DNA of 64,000 bases from a virus (Duplodnaviria > Caudoviricetes). Location: IMG/VR virus record IMGVR_UViG_3300014205_000183; one strand, written 5' to 3'. The notes under the pieces are model-generated. The model was not told where the DNA came from. It worked only from the letters and a program-made list of their open reading frames with translations, and searched no databases. This document shows, in pieces, positions 63,037 through 64,000 of the stretch (position 1 is the stretch's first letter; the number at the start of each line of letters is the position of its first letter). A program made the position numbers and the translations under genes.

Positions 63037-63963
63037 TTAGCTCCCCTCTAAGTTAATACCAGCAAACAGATCAACACGGCTAAGATTACATGGGTCCTGC
63101 CGCTTGAAATGAGTACGTTCGTAACGCTGCACAACTGGGTGTGTAGCGAGTGTGTCTCTATATTCTTTAAACGTATCGTAGTCCTCTGTTCGCCCCTCGT
63201 ATTTCAGATCAAGGCTATCCGTAAACATTAAATAATTATTCGTAAGCCAGGTCTTAAGGATCTTATCCACCTCTGTGTAACTCGAAGCACCAAGTTGTTC
63301 CAAATCTGAATCGGTGATACCGAGACCATCTGTTGGTGTAGCAGTGATACATGCCGTAAGTGCCTTGGCTGCACATTTGTTGTTGGCATTCTCATTGGTC
63401 ACCATCCACTGTGCTAGGTCATAAACCTCCGTCTTCCACAAATTTTGAATGAGGCCATAATTCCCAACATCCCCATGCAGCGTCCAGAAACCCAAATACA
63501 ATTCTGTCAATACATCAGTCCCCAGAACCATACCGTTAAAATCAAACGCTTTGTCAAACAGCATAATCATACGAATACGCGCCTTGATATTACCAAAAGC
63601 AACACGAGTCTTTAGAGACTCCGAACTTAGCGTATTTGAATTCCGCAGACACGCTGATATAAGCGGAGTGACTAGGTCAGATATATCATAGTAATGATAA
63701 GAGTGACAAAACTCATGACCAATAGCAACAGAACGTACTTCCTCGTCAGCCTGATTAGACGATGTCGGTAGGTAGAACCCAATTAAAGGAATCTTTAGCT
63801 CATAACACACCGGACTTGCAATAGCGGCTACTAATGCCGAGTCGATACCACCGGACACACCAAGTACTAGGGATTTCAAATTACAACCTACGACGTAATC
63901 CCGCAACTTACTGCGCATATTGTTTAAAACGGGTTCCCAATTAAATCCTGACTTCATAATCAC
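63037..63963 (-). CDS. nadE: NH3-dependent NAD+ synthetase
   Basis: GVSGGIDSA, GNIKARIRM, GFWTLHGD, KTEVY, PTDGL. Confidence 0.93.
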   Translation of the reverse strand: MIMKSGFNWEPVLNNMRSKLRDYVVGCNLKSLVLGVSGGIDSALVAAIASPVCYELKIPLIGFYLPTSSNQADEEVRSVAIGHEFCHSYHYYDISDLVTPLISACLRNSNTLSSESLKTRVAFGNIKARIRMIMLFDKAFDFNGMVLGTDVLTELYLGFWTLHGDVGNYGLIQNLWKTEVYDLAQWMVTNENANNKCAAKALTACITATPTDGLGITDSDLEQLGASSYTEVDKILKTWLTNNYLMFTDSLDLKYEGRTEDYDTFKEYRDTLATHPVVQRYERTHFKRQDPCNLSRVDLFAGINLEGS

Positions 63964-64000
63964 TCCTTATGGTTAGTTAATATTTTATACTGCTTATTTT

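Noticed and set aside
1-64000. CRISPR array, rRNA, integrase or IS element
   Set aside because: No regularly spaced repeats or matching motifs seen

Overview
A 64-kb fragment of a large (jumbo-like) tailed phage genome using the standard genetic code. The host cannot be identified from this window. 1-27 kb (minus strand) carries the terminase large subunit, nucleotide and DNA-repair genes (NT5C, RusA, RuvA, a degenerate Fpg and a degenerate ThyX), two cell-wall hydrolases, a glycosyltransferase/AsnB/methyltransferase cluster, YhaM, DUF932, small accessory ORFs and a Ro60/TROVE protein. 27.3-38.0 kb is almost entirely RNA genes. It holds an island of Y RNAs and unassigned structured RNAs upstream of Ro60, and an array of 39 tRNAs (all 20 amino acids) interrupted by three HNH endonucleases. 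The main finding is at the head of the array: a promoter, a 45-codon leader peptide containing all 20 amino acids (37 different codons), and mutually exclusive antiterminator/terminator hairpins. This looks like a general translation-stress or tRNA-depletion attenuator. About 27 of the 39 tRNAs have a remodelled elbow (mostly A18-G55 instead of G18-U55). 38-58.6 kb holds mostly plus-strand early/accessory genes, a tmRNA with a long tag and a peptide deformylase. 58.6-64 kb encodes an NAD+ salvage module (NadD, NrtR, PncA, NadE) and a DNA ligase. All calls were made by eye; no searches or folding programs were run.
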